From contig JAUNBK010000002.1 of assembly GCA_030527105.1 (NCBI GenBank), forward strand, positions 44,215 through 108,214: a stretch of 64,000 nucleotides of DNA. Direction: 5' to 3'. The notes under the pieces were generated by a model that was not told the origin of the DNA, did no database searches, and saw only the letters and a list, made by a program, of their open reading frames with translations. Source of the stretch: Planctomycetia bacterium. Its GTDB lineage: Bacteria; Planctomycetota; Planctomycetia; Pirellulales; Thermoguttaceae. A program made the position numbers and the translations under genes. Numbering within the stretch: the stretch's first letter is position 1; each line of letters starts with the position of its first letter. This document shows, piece by piece, positions 48,772 to 58,655 of the stretch.

Positions 48772-51700
48772 ATGCGCAGAAAAATATTTATCATCGCTCT
48801 TTTATTTCTCTTGTGTCATGCTGCGGAATCCCCCGCCGACACACCCGCCAACACACCCGCCGAGGCGCTCTCCATTGGGACGCCGGAAAAAATGCAGCTT
48901 CGCTTCGACACGCAAACGGGGTTGATCCTCGAAATTCTCGCGCACAACGAGATTTTGACGTCTAGTGGAAAGTATATGCCGTTTGATATCCACGAGCAAA
49001 AATCGACATGGGATGCGCCTACCTACATCGTGGGACACGGAGGCGTCTCGACGAAATTCGAGAAGATCGAGAAAACGGACGATTCCACCGTCGTCGTCAC
49101 GTATCGCGTGGGGGATTGGTTCGTGCATTTGAAATATGCCGTGGATTCTGAGTGGTCGATGTTTTCGCAAAGTGTGAAAATCGAGTGGCAGGGGACGGAA
49201 GAGACGAAACTCAAGGGCTTTTGGCAACGCCACCCCATTTGGAAGACGACCGAGGGGGCGTTTTGCTTCTGCCCGGGACACTACCCGCCGCACAAAATGT
49301 CTCTCGCATCTTCCGAATCGGCACGGAAAAATAGCGGGCAAGCTCCTTTGATTTTCGAGCAGTCGAAAGATTTGAGCATTGTTTTTCTCACGGACTATCT
49401 CTCGCCGATCTCCGACAACGGCGGATCGGAACTTCGCTCTCACGCACTCGGCGCGCAAAGCACGCTTGCCTTTCAAATCGCCTCACGAATGCCCCCCGGC
49501 GCGATGCAAGAACTCGGAACGTCCTACGTTTGGGTGCAAAAAAACGACAGCGAGACGGCATTGAAGCGTATTCATGATTGGTACGTGCGGATTGGAGCCG
49601 TGGTTCCAGCGGATCGTCCGAAGGAATTTGAAAAATCGATCGTTTATTCGTTTCATCCCGGCGGCACGATTGGGAGCAATTGCAAGGATTTGGGTGGATT
49701 TATCCCCGCGAAAACGTGGGCGAAGCGCATCGCTCACACTGGCGCAACGGCAGTGTGGATTATGCCAATCGAGGACAAAAGCATTTATTGGCCGCGCGAT
49801 TATTATAAATTCCAAGAGGGACTAGGCTCCGGGGACGATTATCGTGCTCTCGTGAAGCAGCTACACGAATTGGGTTTGTACGTCATGCAAGATTGCGTGC
49901 CGCACGGAGGAAGCGACACATACGACCGCGCAAAGCAGCATCCCGAATGGCTCGCCTACAAGGAGGACGGATCCACATTCAACTATTGGTGCTTCGATTT
50001 TAATTGGCCGGCGTGGCGCGAGTATATGAAAAACGTCGCTATCTTTTATATGACGCAATACGACGTGGATGGCTATCGTGTCGATGCCGTCGGCGGATCG
50101 AAAACGGAGAATTGGAACCCAAATATCCCATACGGACGCGCGAGTTTCGCCAAGTTGCAAGGCGGTTTGAATATGCTTCGCTCTCTTCGCGAAGGCGTGA
50201 AGGAGATCAAACCCGAGAAAGGTGGGCTTCTTGCGGAGGTGGGGAACGCGACTTATGGTGCCGTGAGCGACGCGACGTACGATTTCGCGGGGTGCTACAG
50301 CGTTTATCATGATTTAAGGAGGCTTCCTCCCGAACAATTCGTCTCGAACGTACGACGCTGGCTCCACGAATCGCAATACGGAGAAATCAAAGGTCTCTTG
50401 AAACTTCGGCACATCGAGAGCCACGACAGCCTTCGTTCTCAAGCGTGGTACGGCACACGACCTGCGCGCGCACTTATGGCGCTCACGACGTTCATTCATG
50501 GGATGCCGCTCGTGTATCAAGAGCAGGAGGTGGGAAATTTGGAGGAGTACAAACGACTTTTCGCCGTCCGACGCGCGCTCCCCGAGCTGCAGGGGGGCGA
50601 GTGCGATTTTGAGGCGATTCAAACGCCCCCGGGCGTCTTTGGAGTGTTGCGTTCGAGGGATAAAAATCGTGCAATTGCACTCATCAATTTCAACCCGGAG
50701 CCGATCGAGGTGCGTCTTGAGTGTGCCGACGCGCCGACGGTCGTCGATATGTTCCAAATGGAGGAAGTCCCACTTCTCGAGGGGCAGCGCGTCCTGTCTC
50801 TGGAGGGGTTTGGCTATACGGTTCTTGCGTTGAGGGAACAAGGCGCCTCTCTGGAGAATTTCACCCTGCCAAGCCTCGAGCCGGGTGAGTTGTCGAGTGA
50901 GTTGCCGAGCGAGTTGGGAGAGACTCCTGAGAGGGAATTTGCGCCAACGGAGCGCCTCAAACAAATCGTGGGAATTCATGGAGAAACGTGGACGGCGGAG
51001 ATTGATCGACAATCGGGCTTGCTCCTTACTCTGCGCGACGCGAAAGGGAAGAAAATCGTGTCGGACGCTCAACTTACGCTCCCACCGGAGGTTGCTGCAC
51101 TTGGCGCACCTGCCGAATTGAACGAGGAGGGGGAGCGTTTCGTCTTTACGCGCGCGTTTGGCTCCGCAACGTTGGTGCTCGAATACACACCCACGCCCGA
51201 TCGACTAAATATCCGCGCACAATGGCGGGGGGAAGTCCCAAGCAACCTCCAACTCCTTTTCCCTTGCCCGCGCGCCGACGTGTGGAGCGTTGCGACGGCG
51301 GAGGGCGTGTTGCGAGACAATATTTTCTTCCGCAAGGACGACATTGATCTTGCCTCGCGACACTCGATTTATTGGAGACCGCTCGACACGCAGACGCTGT
51401 ACGATTCGCTCATGCAGCCGATTTATCCAGAGGGTACCCTTTGCGCGGAGAGTTTCGACACGTCGGTCTCTTTTTCGTTCTCCGCTAGGGCAGGTGCGCT
51501 CCCTGCGCGACTTCAGTGGAAAAATCGGTGTGCGAAAAAGCGAGGTTTGGTTGCTGTCGTTTCGCTCGCAACACCAGCGTTCACTCCTGCGCTTCAGGGC
51601 GAAATCGCTCCCTGCGCCTCGTTTTCGATCGGCTCCGACGCACCACCTGAGGAGAAGACCAACTCGCCCCAACTCACTCCCGTTGCTGGCGGCTGGCGCT

Positions 51701-52407
51701 TCGAGAACGATTTCTACCGCTTGACTCTCGCGCGCAACGGAGCAATCGTGCGCCTCGAATCGAAAAATCGACGCGAAAAGGGAGAAGCAGCGGAGTTCAC
51801 GCCTCTCTTCGTGAACGGGACTTTGTACACCGATTATGGGTTTGGCGAGAAGGGGCGCCGCTACGCGTCCGAGAATGATGTGGAGGCGTACTCGCGATTC
51901 GTCCAGACGCCCGAGGGAAAATTGCGTCTCCATTTTGAGGGACGACTTCGGGATCGCGACCGCTTCGGGCTGCTTCATAATCCCGTCCATTTCGTTTTGG
52001 AGTACACGCTTGACGAGTCGAGTAGAATTCAGATGGGAATGCGGGTGCGCACCCCGGATCTTTCGCAAGACGGTTCCGCGTTTTTGTCGTGGATGATGGG
52101 GAGCCAGACGCTGGACTCTCACCACTATTTCACGAAGGAGCGCCAAATTGCGGAAGGAAATCATCGCGAGGTGTCTCATCGTTCGTGGGAAAGTGGCAAA
52201 GAAGGCACTCTTCCCGATCGGCTTGAATTCCGTCGCGGCGGCACGACTTGTGTAAAAATTCACGATTGGGTCGGTTCCGCGCCATCGAACGTTTTTTGGG
52301 ACAAGTCAAACTTTTTCATCGCTCTTTGCGACGGGAAAATTTCGCCCCAAACTCCGAAAGATCAAACCGTGGGCTGGACTTTGGAGGTCGTGCCTGGCGA
52401 AGATTGA
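48772..52407 (+). CDS. Large GH13 (alpha-amylase family) glycoside hydrolase with extra N- and C-terminal domains
   Basis: Start at MRRKIFIIALLFLLCHA (signal). GH13 conserved regions: MQDCVPHGGS (I), DGYRVDAVGG (II), LLAEVGN (III) and RHIESHDS (IV). Confidence 0.8.
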   Translation: MRRKIFIIALLFLLCHAAESPADTPANTPAEALSIGTPEKMQLRFDTQTGLILEILAHNEILTSSGKYMPFDIHEQKSTWDAPTYIVGHGGVSTKFEKIEKTDDSTVVVTYRVGDWFVHLKYAVDSEWSMFSQSVKIEWQGTEETKLKGFWQRHPIWKTTEGAFCFCPGHYPPHKMSLASSESARKNSGQAPLIFEQSKDLSIVFLTDYLSPISDNGGSELRSHALGAQSTLAFQIASRMPPGAMQELGTSYVWVQKNDSETALKRIHDWYVRIGAVVPADRPKEFEKSIVYSFHPGGTIGSNCKDLGGFIPAKTWAKRIAHTGATAVWIMPIEDKSIYWPRDYYKFQEGLGSGDDYRALVKQLHELGLYVMQDCVPHGGSDTYDRAKQHPEWLAYKEDGSTFNYWCFDFNWPAWREYMKNVAIFYMTQYDVDGYRVDAVGGSKTENWNPNIPYGRASFAKLQGGLNMLRSLREGVKEIKPEKGGLLAEVGNATYGAVSDATYDFAGCYSVYHDLRRLPPEQFVSNVRRWLHESQYGEIKGLLKLRHIESHDSLRSQAWYGTRPARALMALTTFIHGMPLVYQEQEVGNLEEYKRLFAVRRALPELQGGECDFEAIQTPPGVFGVLRSRDKNRAIALINFNPEPIEVRLECADAPTVVDMFQMEEVPLLEGQRVLSLEGFGYTVLALREQGASLENFTLPSLEPGELSSELPSELGETPEREFAPTERLKQIVGIHGETWTAEIDRQSGLLLTLRDAKGKKIVSDAQLTLPPEVAALGAPAELNEEGERFVFTRAFGSATLVLEYTPTPDRLNIRAQWRGEVPSNLQLLFPCPRADVWSVATAEGVLRDNIFFRKDDIDLASRHSIYWRPLDTQTLYDSLMQPIYPEGTLCAESFDTSVSFSFSARAGALPARLQWKNRCAKKRGLVAVVSLATPAFTPALQGEIAPCASFSIGSDAPPEEKTNSPQLTPVAGGWRFENDFYRLTLARNGAIVRLESKNRREKGEAAEFTPLFVNGTLYTDYGFGEKGRRYASENDVEAYSRFVQTPEGKLRLHFEGRLRDRDRFGLLHNPVHFVLEYTLDESSRIQMGMRVRTPDLSQDGSAFLSWMMGSQTLDSHHYFTKERQIAEGNHREVSHRSWESGKEGTLPDRLEFRRGGTTCVKIHDWVGSAPSNVFWDKSNFFIALCDGKISPQTPKDQTVGWTLEVVPGED

Positions 52408-52469
52408 TTTTTGCTTTATTATATTTTTAAAACCGAGGGCGGGTGTCCCCCAAAATACAGGAGGTAGAT

Positions 52470-53147
52470 ATGTGTGATAAGAAAATCGTGCTTGCGATCA
52501 CGGGTGCGAGCGGGGTGGCGTATGCCGTGCGGCTCTTGGAAGTTCTGACGGCGAGCGAGTGCGACGTGCATCTCGTGATTAGTCCGGTGGCGTATCGAAT
52601 TTTGGCGGAGGAGATGGGGATTTATCTTTCTGCGGAAAATTTCGATCCGTGTGCCTTTGGATTGTCTCAGAATTGCGTGTCGAAAATATTCCCCTCCGGA
52701 CAAATCCACTTTCATCCGCACGACGACTTCTCGGCACCAATCGCGAGTGGCTCGTATCAAACGGACGGCATGGTGGTTTGTCCCTGCACGACCGGGACGC
52801 TCGGTGGGATTGCGGCGGGGCTTTGCTCCAACCTCATCCAACGGGCTGCCGACGTGCACTTGAAGGAGGGGCGAAAACTCATTCTCGTCCCGCGCGAAAC
52901 GCCTTTTTCGCTCATTCATCTGGAGAACATGACGCGCCTCGCTCGTGCTGGTGGAGTGATTCTCCCCGCCTCGCCCGCTTTTTATCATGGGGTGCGCGAC
53001 ATGAGGGACATCGTGAACTTTATTGTCTCGCGCATTTGCGACCAATTGGGAATCCAAAATCGTCTCATCAAACGGTGGAAGTCGCCCGAGGAACAAGAGG
53101 AGGAAGCCGATTTCGACCCCGAGCGTTTCGTCGAAATGGCGGGTTGA
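52470..53147 (+). CDS. ubiX: Flavin prenyltransferase UbiX
   Basis: Start at MCDKKIVLAITGASG after AGGAGG. MVVCPCTTGTLGGIAAG motif. Confidence 0.9.
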   Translation: MCDKKIVLAITGASGVAYAVRLLEVLTASECDVHLVISPVAYRILAEEMGIYLSAENFDPCAFGLSQNCVSKIFPSGQIHFHPHDDFSAPIASGSYQTDGMVVCPCTTGTLGGIAAGLCSNLIQRAADVHLKEGRKLILVPRETPFSLIHLENMTRLARAGGVILPASPAFYHGVRDMRDIVNFIVSRICDQLGIQNRLIKRWKSPEEQEEEADFDPERFVEMAG

Positions 53148-53164
53148 GCGCCAAACAATTCTCC

Positions 53165-53335
53165 TATCCGCCTGGAACTACGGGTTGCTCCCGGTCGTAC
53201 TGGGTGGGAGCGTTGTGATGGCAAGGGAGGTCAGAAGCGTAAGCGCCTGCCTCCCGACGGTGCAGCAGCCGGCGAAAAGCCGTGGTCGCTCCCGGTCTCG
53301 TATCAGGTGGGTTGCGCCCTTCGTTCTCGGTTCCT
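53165..53335 (+). ncRNA. Candidate structured RNA of unknown family
   Basis: Hairpin 53225-53255: GGGAGG-U-CAG-AA-GCG[UAAG]CGC-CUG-CCUCCC, 12 bp. Second hairpin 53269-53285 with a GAAAA loop. Both are enclosed by the 7-bp stem GGGAGCG (53206-53212) / CGCUCCC (53287-53293). An alternative partner GCUCCC lies at 53187-53192. Direct repeat GCTCCCGGTC..GTA..GGTGGG occurs at 53187-53208 and 53288-53311. No credible ORF. Strand is tentative, resting on one G-U pair in CCGCCUG/CAGGUGG. Confidence 0.3.
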
Positions 53336-53349
53336 GAGATTCTTGAACG

Positions 53350-53425
53350 CGAAATTTAATGATTTTGAGCGTCTCCACCCTCTCAAACTCTCCCTCAAGC
53401 AACTTTTGACGCACTCGCGACCGTC
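53350..53425 (+). repeat. Family-B-like diverged copy
   Basis: GAAATTTAATGATTTTGAG...CTCTCAAACTCTCCCTCAAGCAACTTTTGACGCACTCGC compares with 5450-5510, GAAATTTTTTGAAAATT...TCTCAAACTCTCCTTCAAAAAACTTGTAGCCTGCTCAC. Confidence 0.4.
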
Positions 53426-53639
53426 GATGGGCTGGCGATGGGCTAGCAAGATGTGCAGGAAACGAAAAACTTTTATCCCTGAATGGACGCCCACAAAAAT
53501 TGAAGGCACCCCAATGGGTAGGGATGGGGCCCCCCCTCCTTTTTCTTTAACGAAAATAAGATATCATATAGGTGACGTATGGTTTGCGAGTTTCTATGTC
53601 GGAGTCGGCATACTTCCCTAAAAACAACGGAGTTTTCAA

Positions 53640-56540
53640 ATGGGAACCAGTGGAAAAATCATTTTGAGAGGTGTCGAAGTCCACAACCTCAAAGGAATCA
53701 ATCTCGACATCCCCCATCGAAAGCTCGTTGTTATTTGCGGCGTGAGTGGGAGTGGGAAAAGCTCGCTTGCCCTCGATACGCTCTATGCGGAAGGGCAGAG
53801 ACGATATATCGAGAGCTTTTCCCCCTACACGCGCCAGTTTCTCGACCAGTTGGAGAAACCCGACGCGGAGTTGATTGATGGTATCCCACCAGCGATTGCC
53901 GTGGCGGGGAGCGTTCCGACAAAATCAAGCAGAACAACCGTCGGAACTGTCACGGAAGCATACGACTTTCTGAGGCTTTTGTATGCCAAAATCGGTACGA
54001 CCTACTGTATTTCATGTGGGCACGAAGTGCATCGCGACACGTCCGAGACCGTCGCCAGATTTCTTGGGATTCTCCCCATCCGCACGAAATTCCTCATTTT
54101 GTGGAAGCTCGATATTCCGAAGGAGACAAGTCCTCGCGATTTTTTGACCGCTTTGCGTGAGGAGGGGTTCATTCGAATCGTCTTTCGGAATAAAATTTGC
54201 GACTTGTCGAGTGAAATTCCCGAGTTCGAGGATATTCGTGACGCCGAGAATGAGATTTTTGGTGTCGTCGATCGTCTGGCGGTGGGGGTGCCAGAGTCCA
54301 GAATTCGCGAGTCCCTCGAGGTTGGGTTTCAAAGAGGGAATGGTAAATGTTCGATTGCGATCCTTTTGTCAAAACCCGAAATGGAGCTTCTCGATTCCAC
54401 CGAGCTTTGGGATGCCTACGAGATTAATGGGCGCGAGTGTGTCCTGAGAACGTACAGCACCAAGCTCTCTTGCGAACGCTGCCAAATTGACTACTCGGTG
54501 CCAGAGCCGAGGTTGTTTAGCTTCAATAGTCCCTTGGGGGCGTGTCCGGTGTGCGAAGGCTTCGGAAATACGATTGCGCTCGACATGGATTTAGTCGTTC
54601 CGGATCCGAAAAAAACGATTGCGGAGGGCGCCATCGCGCCGTGGAATTCGCCCGCCTATCGTTATGAGTTGGAGAAAGTCCTTCAATACGGTCCATCGAG
54701 TGGGCTGCCGACGAATGTGCCGTATTGCGATTTGAGTCCGGCGGCGAAAGAGTTGCTCAGAAAGGGTATCCCCGGCACGGACTTCAGCGGCTTAGACGGC
54801 TTCATTTCGTGGCTCGAAAGGCGGAAGTATAAGATGCCGATTCGCGTCTTTTTGAGTCGATGGCGAAGTATGCGCCCCTGCGAGGCGTGCGGGGGAAAGA
54901 GGCTTAATCCGCTTGCGCTCGCGACCATGATCGGAAAAACGCAGCTTGTCGACGACGAGACGGTGGACGTTCCGTTTGGGGGGCGAAATATCGCGGAATT
55001 GTGCGAAATGAAAATCTCGGAACTGCGTGCGTTTCTCGAGAACCTCATCCCACAGCTTTCTGATTGGGAGACGCAAGTGGGCCTGCCCATTTTGAAACGC
55101 GTCCTCTCGAGGCTAAATTTTTTGGAGTTGGTTGGGCTAGACTATCTCACGCTCGACAGAACGCTCCGCACCCTCAGCTCGGGCGAGGCGCGACGAGTCT
55201 CGCTTGCGGCGGCGCTTGGCGCGAGTCTCGTCAATATGCTCTACGTTTTGGACGAACCCTCCATCGGGCTGCATCCCGCGAACTCACTCCAACTTCTCGA
55301 GGCGATTAAAGCGCTGCGCGACCGCGATAATACCGTTGTGGTGGTAGAACACGATGAGGCGATCATTCTCGCGGCAGACCAAGCGATTGAGATTGGTCCG
55401 AGTGCTGGGGAGCGTGGTGGCGAGGTCGTTTTTCAAGGAACGCCCGCAGAAATGTTGGTTTCGTCCGAAAGTCTCACGGGACAATACCTCTCCGGCACGC
55501 GTGGGCACGTGTCGATTGAGCGGCGGAAGCCCGACTCGGGGAAGATTCGACTCGTCGGCGCGCGTGGCAACAATCTCAAAAATCTCACGGTCGATTTCCC
55601 ACTTGGCTGCCTCTGCATCATCTCGGGCGTGAGCGGCGCGGGGAAAAGTACGTTGGTCGAAAAGACACTCTACCCCGCTTTGTGTCGGCGTCTGCGTCGG
55701 GATTCGTCAAGCAAGCCCCTTCCGTACGATGAGATTCTTGGCACGGGGCAAATCGACGATGTGATCCATGTTGATCAATCTCCCATTGGGCGATCGCCGC
55801 GAAGCAACCCCGTCACGTATATCAAAGCATTTGACGAAATTCGCGCGCTTTTCGCGGACACGAAAGAAGCGAAGAAGCGCAATTATACCGCGGGGAATTT
55901 TAGTTTCAATTCCGACGAAGGACGCTGTCCCTTGTGTGGCGGGGATGGATATATTGCCATCGACATGCAATTTCTTGCCGACGTCTACATGCGCTGCAGC
56001 CAGTGTCATGGAAAACGATACAAAACGCAGATTCTCGATATCACATACCGAAATCGAAATATCGCGGAAGTGCTCGAAATGACGGTTCAAGAAGCGTTCA
56101 CGTTTTTCCGTGGCTCGCGAGGAATTCAGGACAAACTCAAACGATTGAAGGACGTTGGACTCGACTATGTTCGACTTGGGCAGCCCGCAAACACCCTCTC
56201 AGGGGGCGAGGCGCAGCGGCTGAAGCTCGCCTCGTTTATGTCCTCCTCGAAAAAAGACCGGTGTCTTTTTATCTTAGACGAACCGACGACCGGGCTACAT
56301 TTTTCCGATGTCGTCCAGTTGCTCGACTGCTTCGACACGCTCCTTTCCGTGGGGCACTCGCTCATTATCGTGGAGCACAATCTACAGCTCATGAAGTCTG
56401 CCGACTATATTATTGATTTGGGACCCGGCGCGGCAGACTGCGGAGGTCGAATCGTTGCGATGGGGACTCCAGAAGAAATCGCCCGCAACGAGGCGTCCTC
56501 AACGGGGCGTTTTTTGAAAGAGGTTCTTGCAAGAGCGTAG
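53640..56540 (+). CDS. uvrA: Excinuclease ABC subunit A
   Basis: 966 aa with two ABC modules (GVSGSGKSSL, GVSGAGKST), LSGGE signatures and zinc-finger CxxC pairs. Confidence 0.95.
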   Translation: MGTSGKIILRGVEVHNLKGINLDIPHRKLVVICGVSGSGKSSLALDTLYAEGQRRYIESFSPYTRQFLDQLEKPDAELIDGIPPAIAVAGSVPTKSSRTTVGTVTEAYDFLRLLYAKIGTTYCISCGHEVHRDTSETVARFLGILPIRTKFLILWKLDIPKETSPRDFLTALREEGFIRIVFRNKICDLSSEIPEFEDIRDAENEIFGVVDRLAVGVPESRIRESLEVGFQRGNGKCSIAILLSKPEMELLDSTELWDAYEINGRECVLRTYSTKLSCERCQIDYSVPEPRLFSFNSPLGACPVCEGFGNTIALDMDLVVPDPKKTIAEGAIAPWNSPAYRYELEKVLQYGPSSGLPTNVPYCDLSPAAKELLRKGIPGTDFSGLDGFISWLERRKYKMPIRVFLSRWRSMRPCEACGGKRLNPLALATMIGKTQLVDDETVDVPFGGRNIAELCEMKISELRAFLENLIPQLSDWETQVGLPILKRVLSRLNFLELVGLDYLTLDRTLRTLSSGEARRVSLAAALGASLVNMLYVLDEPSIGLHPANSLQLLEAIKALRDRDNTVVVVEHDEAIILAADQAIEIGPSAGERGGEVVFQGTPAEMLVSSESLTGQYLSGTRGHVSIERRKPDSGKIRLVGARGNNLKNLTVDFPLGCLCIISGVSGAGKSTLVEKTLYPALCRRLRRDSSSKPLPYDEILGTGQIDDVIHVDQSPIGRSPRSNPVTYIKAFDEIRALFADTKEAKKRNYTAGNFSFNSDEGRCPLCGGDGYIAIDMQFLADVYMRCSQCHGKRYKTQILDITYRNRNIAEVLEMTVQEAFTFFRGSRGIQDKLKRLKDVGLDYVRLGQPANTLSGGEAQRLKLASFMSSSKKDRCLFILDEPTTGLHFSDVVQLLDCFDTLLSVGHSLIIVEHNLQLMKSADYIIDLGPGAADCGGRIVAMGTPEEIARNEASSTGRFLKEVLARA

Positions 56541-56596
56541 ACGGTATAATCGATATAGTACGGGGTGCAACTCGGCATTGTGACGAAAGGGGAAAC

Positions 56597-57493
56597 GTGT
56601 TCGACTATGGAATTTATCTGCTGGTTCGGATTATTATTTCGATTTTGCAAGCGCTTTCTCTCGAGCAGGCGCGGGGGTTTGCGTTGTTTATGGCGTGGCT
56701 TTGCGCCGACGTGCTTCATGTTCGTGCGAAACTCGTACGGGAGAATATTGCGCACGCGTTTCCGACGCTTTCTCCTGAACAAGTCCACGAGGTGGAACGC
56801 GGAATGTGGCGGCATCTCTTTTTTATGCTAATGGAAGCCGCTTTTGCCGAGCGAAAAATCCACCTGTCGAATTGGAAGCAATACGTGTCGCTTGAGAACG
56901 AAGCCGCCCCACTTCAGGCGATGTACGAAGGGAGACCCTTAATTTATGCCCTCGGGCACCTCGGCAACTTTGAATTCGCGGGCTATATCCTCGGACTCAT
57001 CGGCATCCCGCCTTATACCGTGGCGCGGACGCTCGACAATCCGCACTTGAATCAATATCTTTTGAATTTTCGCAATTCGACGGGGCAGTACATCATTCCC
57101 AAGGACGCTGCCGCGCCGATGTTGGAGGAGGCGATGGAGCGAGGGCATTCTGCCGCCATTTTGATGGATCAGCACGCGGGACCAAAAGGTTTTTGGGTCA
57201 CGTATTTTGGGAGAGAAGCCTCCACACACAAGGTGATTCCGCTTCTTGCGCGGTCGTTTCATGCGTCCGTTGCGGTTTCGGCGCCTTTTCGAAAAGATGA
57301 AAAACTGTTTCATTTTCACATCGTCACGGCGAATTTTTTCACGCCCGAAGCGCTTATGGAGGGGAATTCACCCAAGGAGGCTGCGCAAATCCTCAACACC
57401 ACGTTGGAGAATCTCGTTCGTCGTGAGCCTCATCAATATTGGTGGCTCCACAATCGTTGGAAGCCAAGGAAAAAGAGTGCCACGAAGTCATGA
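56597..57493 (+). CDS. LpxL/HtrB-family lipid A (Kdo2-lipid IVA) late acyltransferase-like protein
   Basis: 298 aa (GTG start) with an N-terminal TM helix and a GHLGNFE (HX4D/E) motif. Confidence 0.7.
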   Translation: MFDYGIYLLVRIIISILQALSLEQARGFALFMAWLCADVLHVRAKLVRENIAHAFPTLSPEQVHEVERGMWRHLFFMLMEAAFAERKIHLSNWKQYVSLENEAAPLQAMYEGRPLIYALGHLGNFEFAGYILGLIGIPPYTVARTLDNPHLNQYLLNFRNSTGQYIIPKDAAAPMLEEAMERGHSAAILMDQHAGPKGFWVTYFGREASTHKVIPLLARSFHASVAVSAPFRKDEKLFHFHIVTANFFTPEALMEGNSPKEAAQILNTTLENLVRREPHQYWWLHNRWKPRKKSATKS

Positions 57494-58632
57494 ATGTTTT
57501 TGACGATATCCAGTGGAGCCATGGTGGTGCGAGGCGACTACAAACGCAGGGTGTCAAATATGCGGGATCGAAACGCCCGCTTCTGCCGCAGATTCTCGAC
57601 TTGGTTCGAGAAACGGGCGCGAGGTCGGTGTGGGACGCGTTCTCTGGGGCGACGCACGTGGCGCAGGCGCTGGCGCAGCAGGGGCAAAGAGTGATTGCAA
57701 GCGACATTTCGTTCCTCTCGCAAGTTTTCGCGACGTGCTACTTGAAATCGAAGCGTCCGATCGATGAAATTCGGCAGATGATCGAGGAGTTGAATGCGCT
57801 CCCGCCCGAGGATGGGTGGTTTTCGGAGCACTACGGTGGCGAGGTGCGGGAAAATTCGCCGCTTTCGCTCCAAAAAGATGGACTCAAAAAACCGTTCCAA
57901 AAGAAAAATACGCAGAAACTCGACGCCATTCGACGCACCATTGATGGGTGGGAGTTGGACGAGGAGACGCGCTGCGTGTTGCTCGTGAGTTTGATCCTGG
58001 CGCTCAACGAGGTGGACAACACGTTGGGGCATTTCACGTCGTATTTGCGCGAATGGTCGCCACGATCGTACAGGACGCTGGAGCTTCGCGTCCCGCAGCT
58101 TTTTCCCCACGGCGGCGGACACGAAGTGTATCGCGCGGACGTCTTCGATCTTGCGGAGGGGATTCGCGCAGATTTTGCCTATTTTGACCCTCCGTATGGG
58201 TCGAACAACGAGAAAATGCCCTCCTCACGCGTGCGTTATGCGGCATACTACCATTTTTGGACGACCGTGATTTTGAACGACCGACCTGCGCTTTTTGGCA
58301 AGGCTGCGCGACGTATGGACTCGTCCGACCTGCTTGCCCACTCCCCATTTGAGGAGTTTCGGAAGAATGCATCGGGACGATTCGTCGCGGTCGAGGCGAT
58401 CCAGAGGCTGTTGAAAATCACGCCGGTCGAGTGGATCCTTCTGTCGTATAGTTCTGGGGGGCGCGCCACGGCGGAGGAGTTACTCGACGTCATTCACGAA
58501 GCGGGAAAACTCGTCAAAATGCTCAAAATCGACTATCGCCAAAACGTGATGGCCAGAATGACGTGGACAAGCCAATGGCTTCGCGAGCTAGAAACCAAAA
58601 ATCAGGAGTTTCTATTTCTCATCCAAAAATAG
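57490..58632 (+). CDS. D12-class N6-adenine DNA methyltransferase, with no obvious cognate endonuclease
   Basis: ATG at 57490 overlaps the upstream TGA (ATGA). YAGSKRPLLPQI (D12 N-terminal motif), DAFSGATHV (motif I) and AYFDPPYG (motif IV). Confidence 0.75.
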   Translation: MNVFDDIQWSHGGARRLQTQGVKYAGSKRPLLPQILDLVRETGARSVWDAFSGATHVAQALAQQGQRVIASDISFLSQVFATCYLKSKRPIDEIRQMIEELNALPPEDGWFSEHYGGEVRENSPLSLQKDGLKKPFQKKNTQKLDAIRRTIDGWELDEETRCVLLVSLILALNEVDNTLGHFTSYLREWSPRSYRTLELRVPQLFPHGGGHEVYRADVFDLAEGIRADFAYFDPPYGSNNEKMPSSRVRYAAYYHFWTTVILNDRPALFGKAARRMDSSDLLAHSPFEEFRKNASGRFVAVEAIQRLLKITPVEWILLSYSSGGRATAEELLDVIHEAGKLVKMLKIDYRQNVMARMTWTSQWLRELETKNQEFLFLIQK

Positions 58633-58655
58633 AAAAAACATCAGGAGAAAAATTT

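Noticed and set aside
53165-53335. Identification of the structured segment as SRP (4.5S), 6S, tmRNA or RNase P RNA
   Set aside because: AGCAGCC is present but lies 5' of the GNRA-like loop, the wrong side for SRP helix 8. There is no GGAAAGUCCGG (RNase P), no tRNA-like acceptor/T-arm or tag ORF (tmRNA), and the fold is branched rather than the single long 6S hairpin.
57439-57489. Upstream extension of the D12 methylase ORF (track start at 57439)
   Set aside because: It lies entirely within the LpxL-like coding region. The ATG at 57490 forms a typical ATGA stop/start overlap and directly precedes the conserved N-terminal methylase motif.
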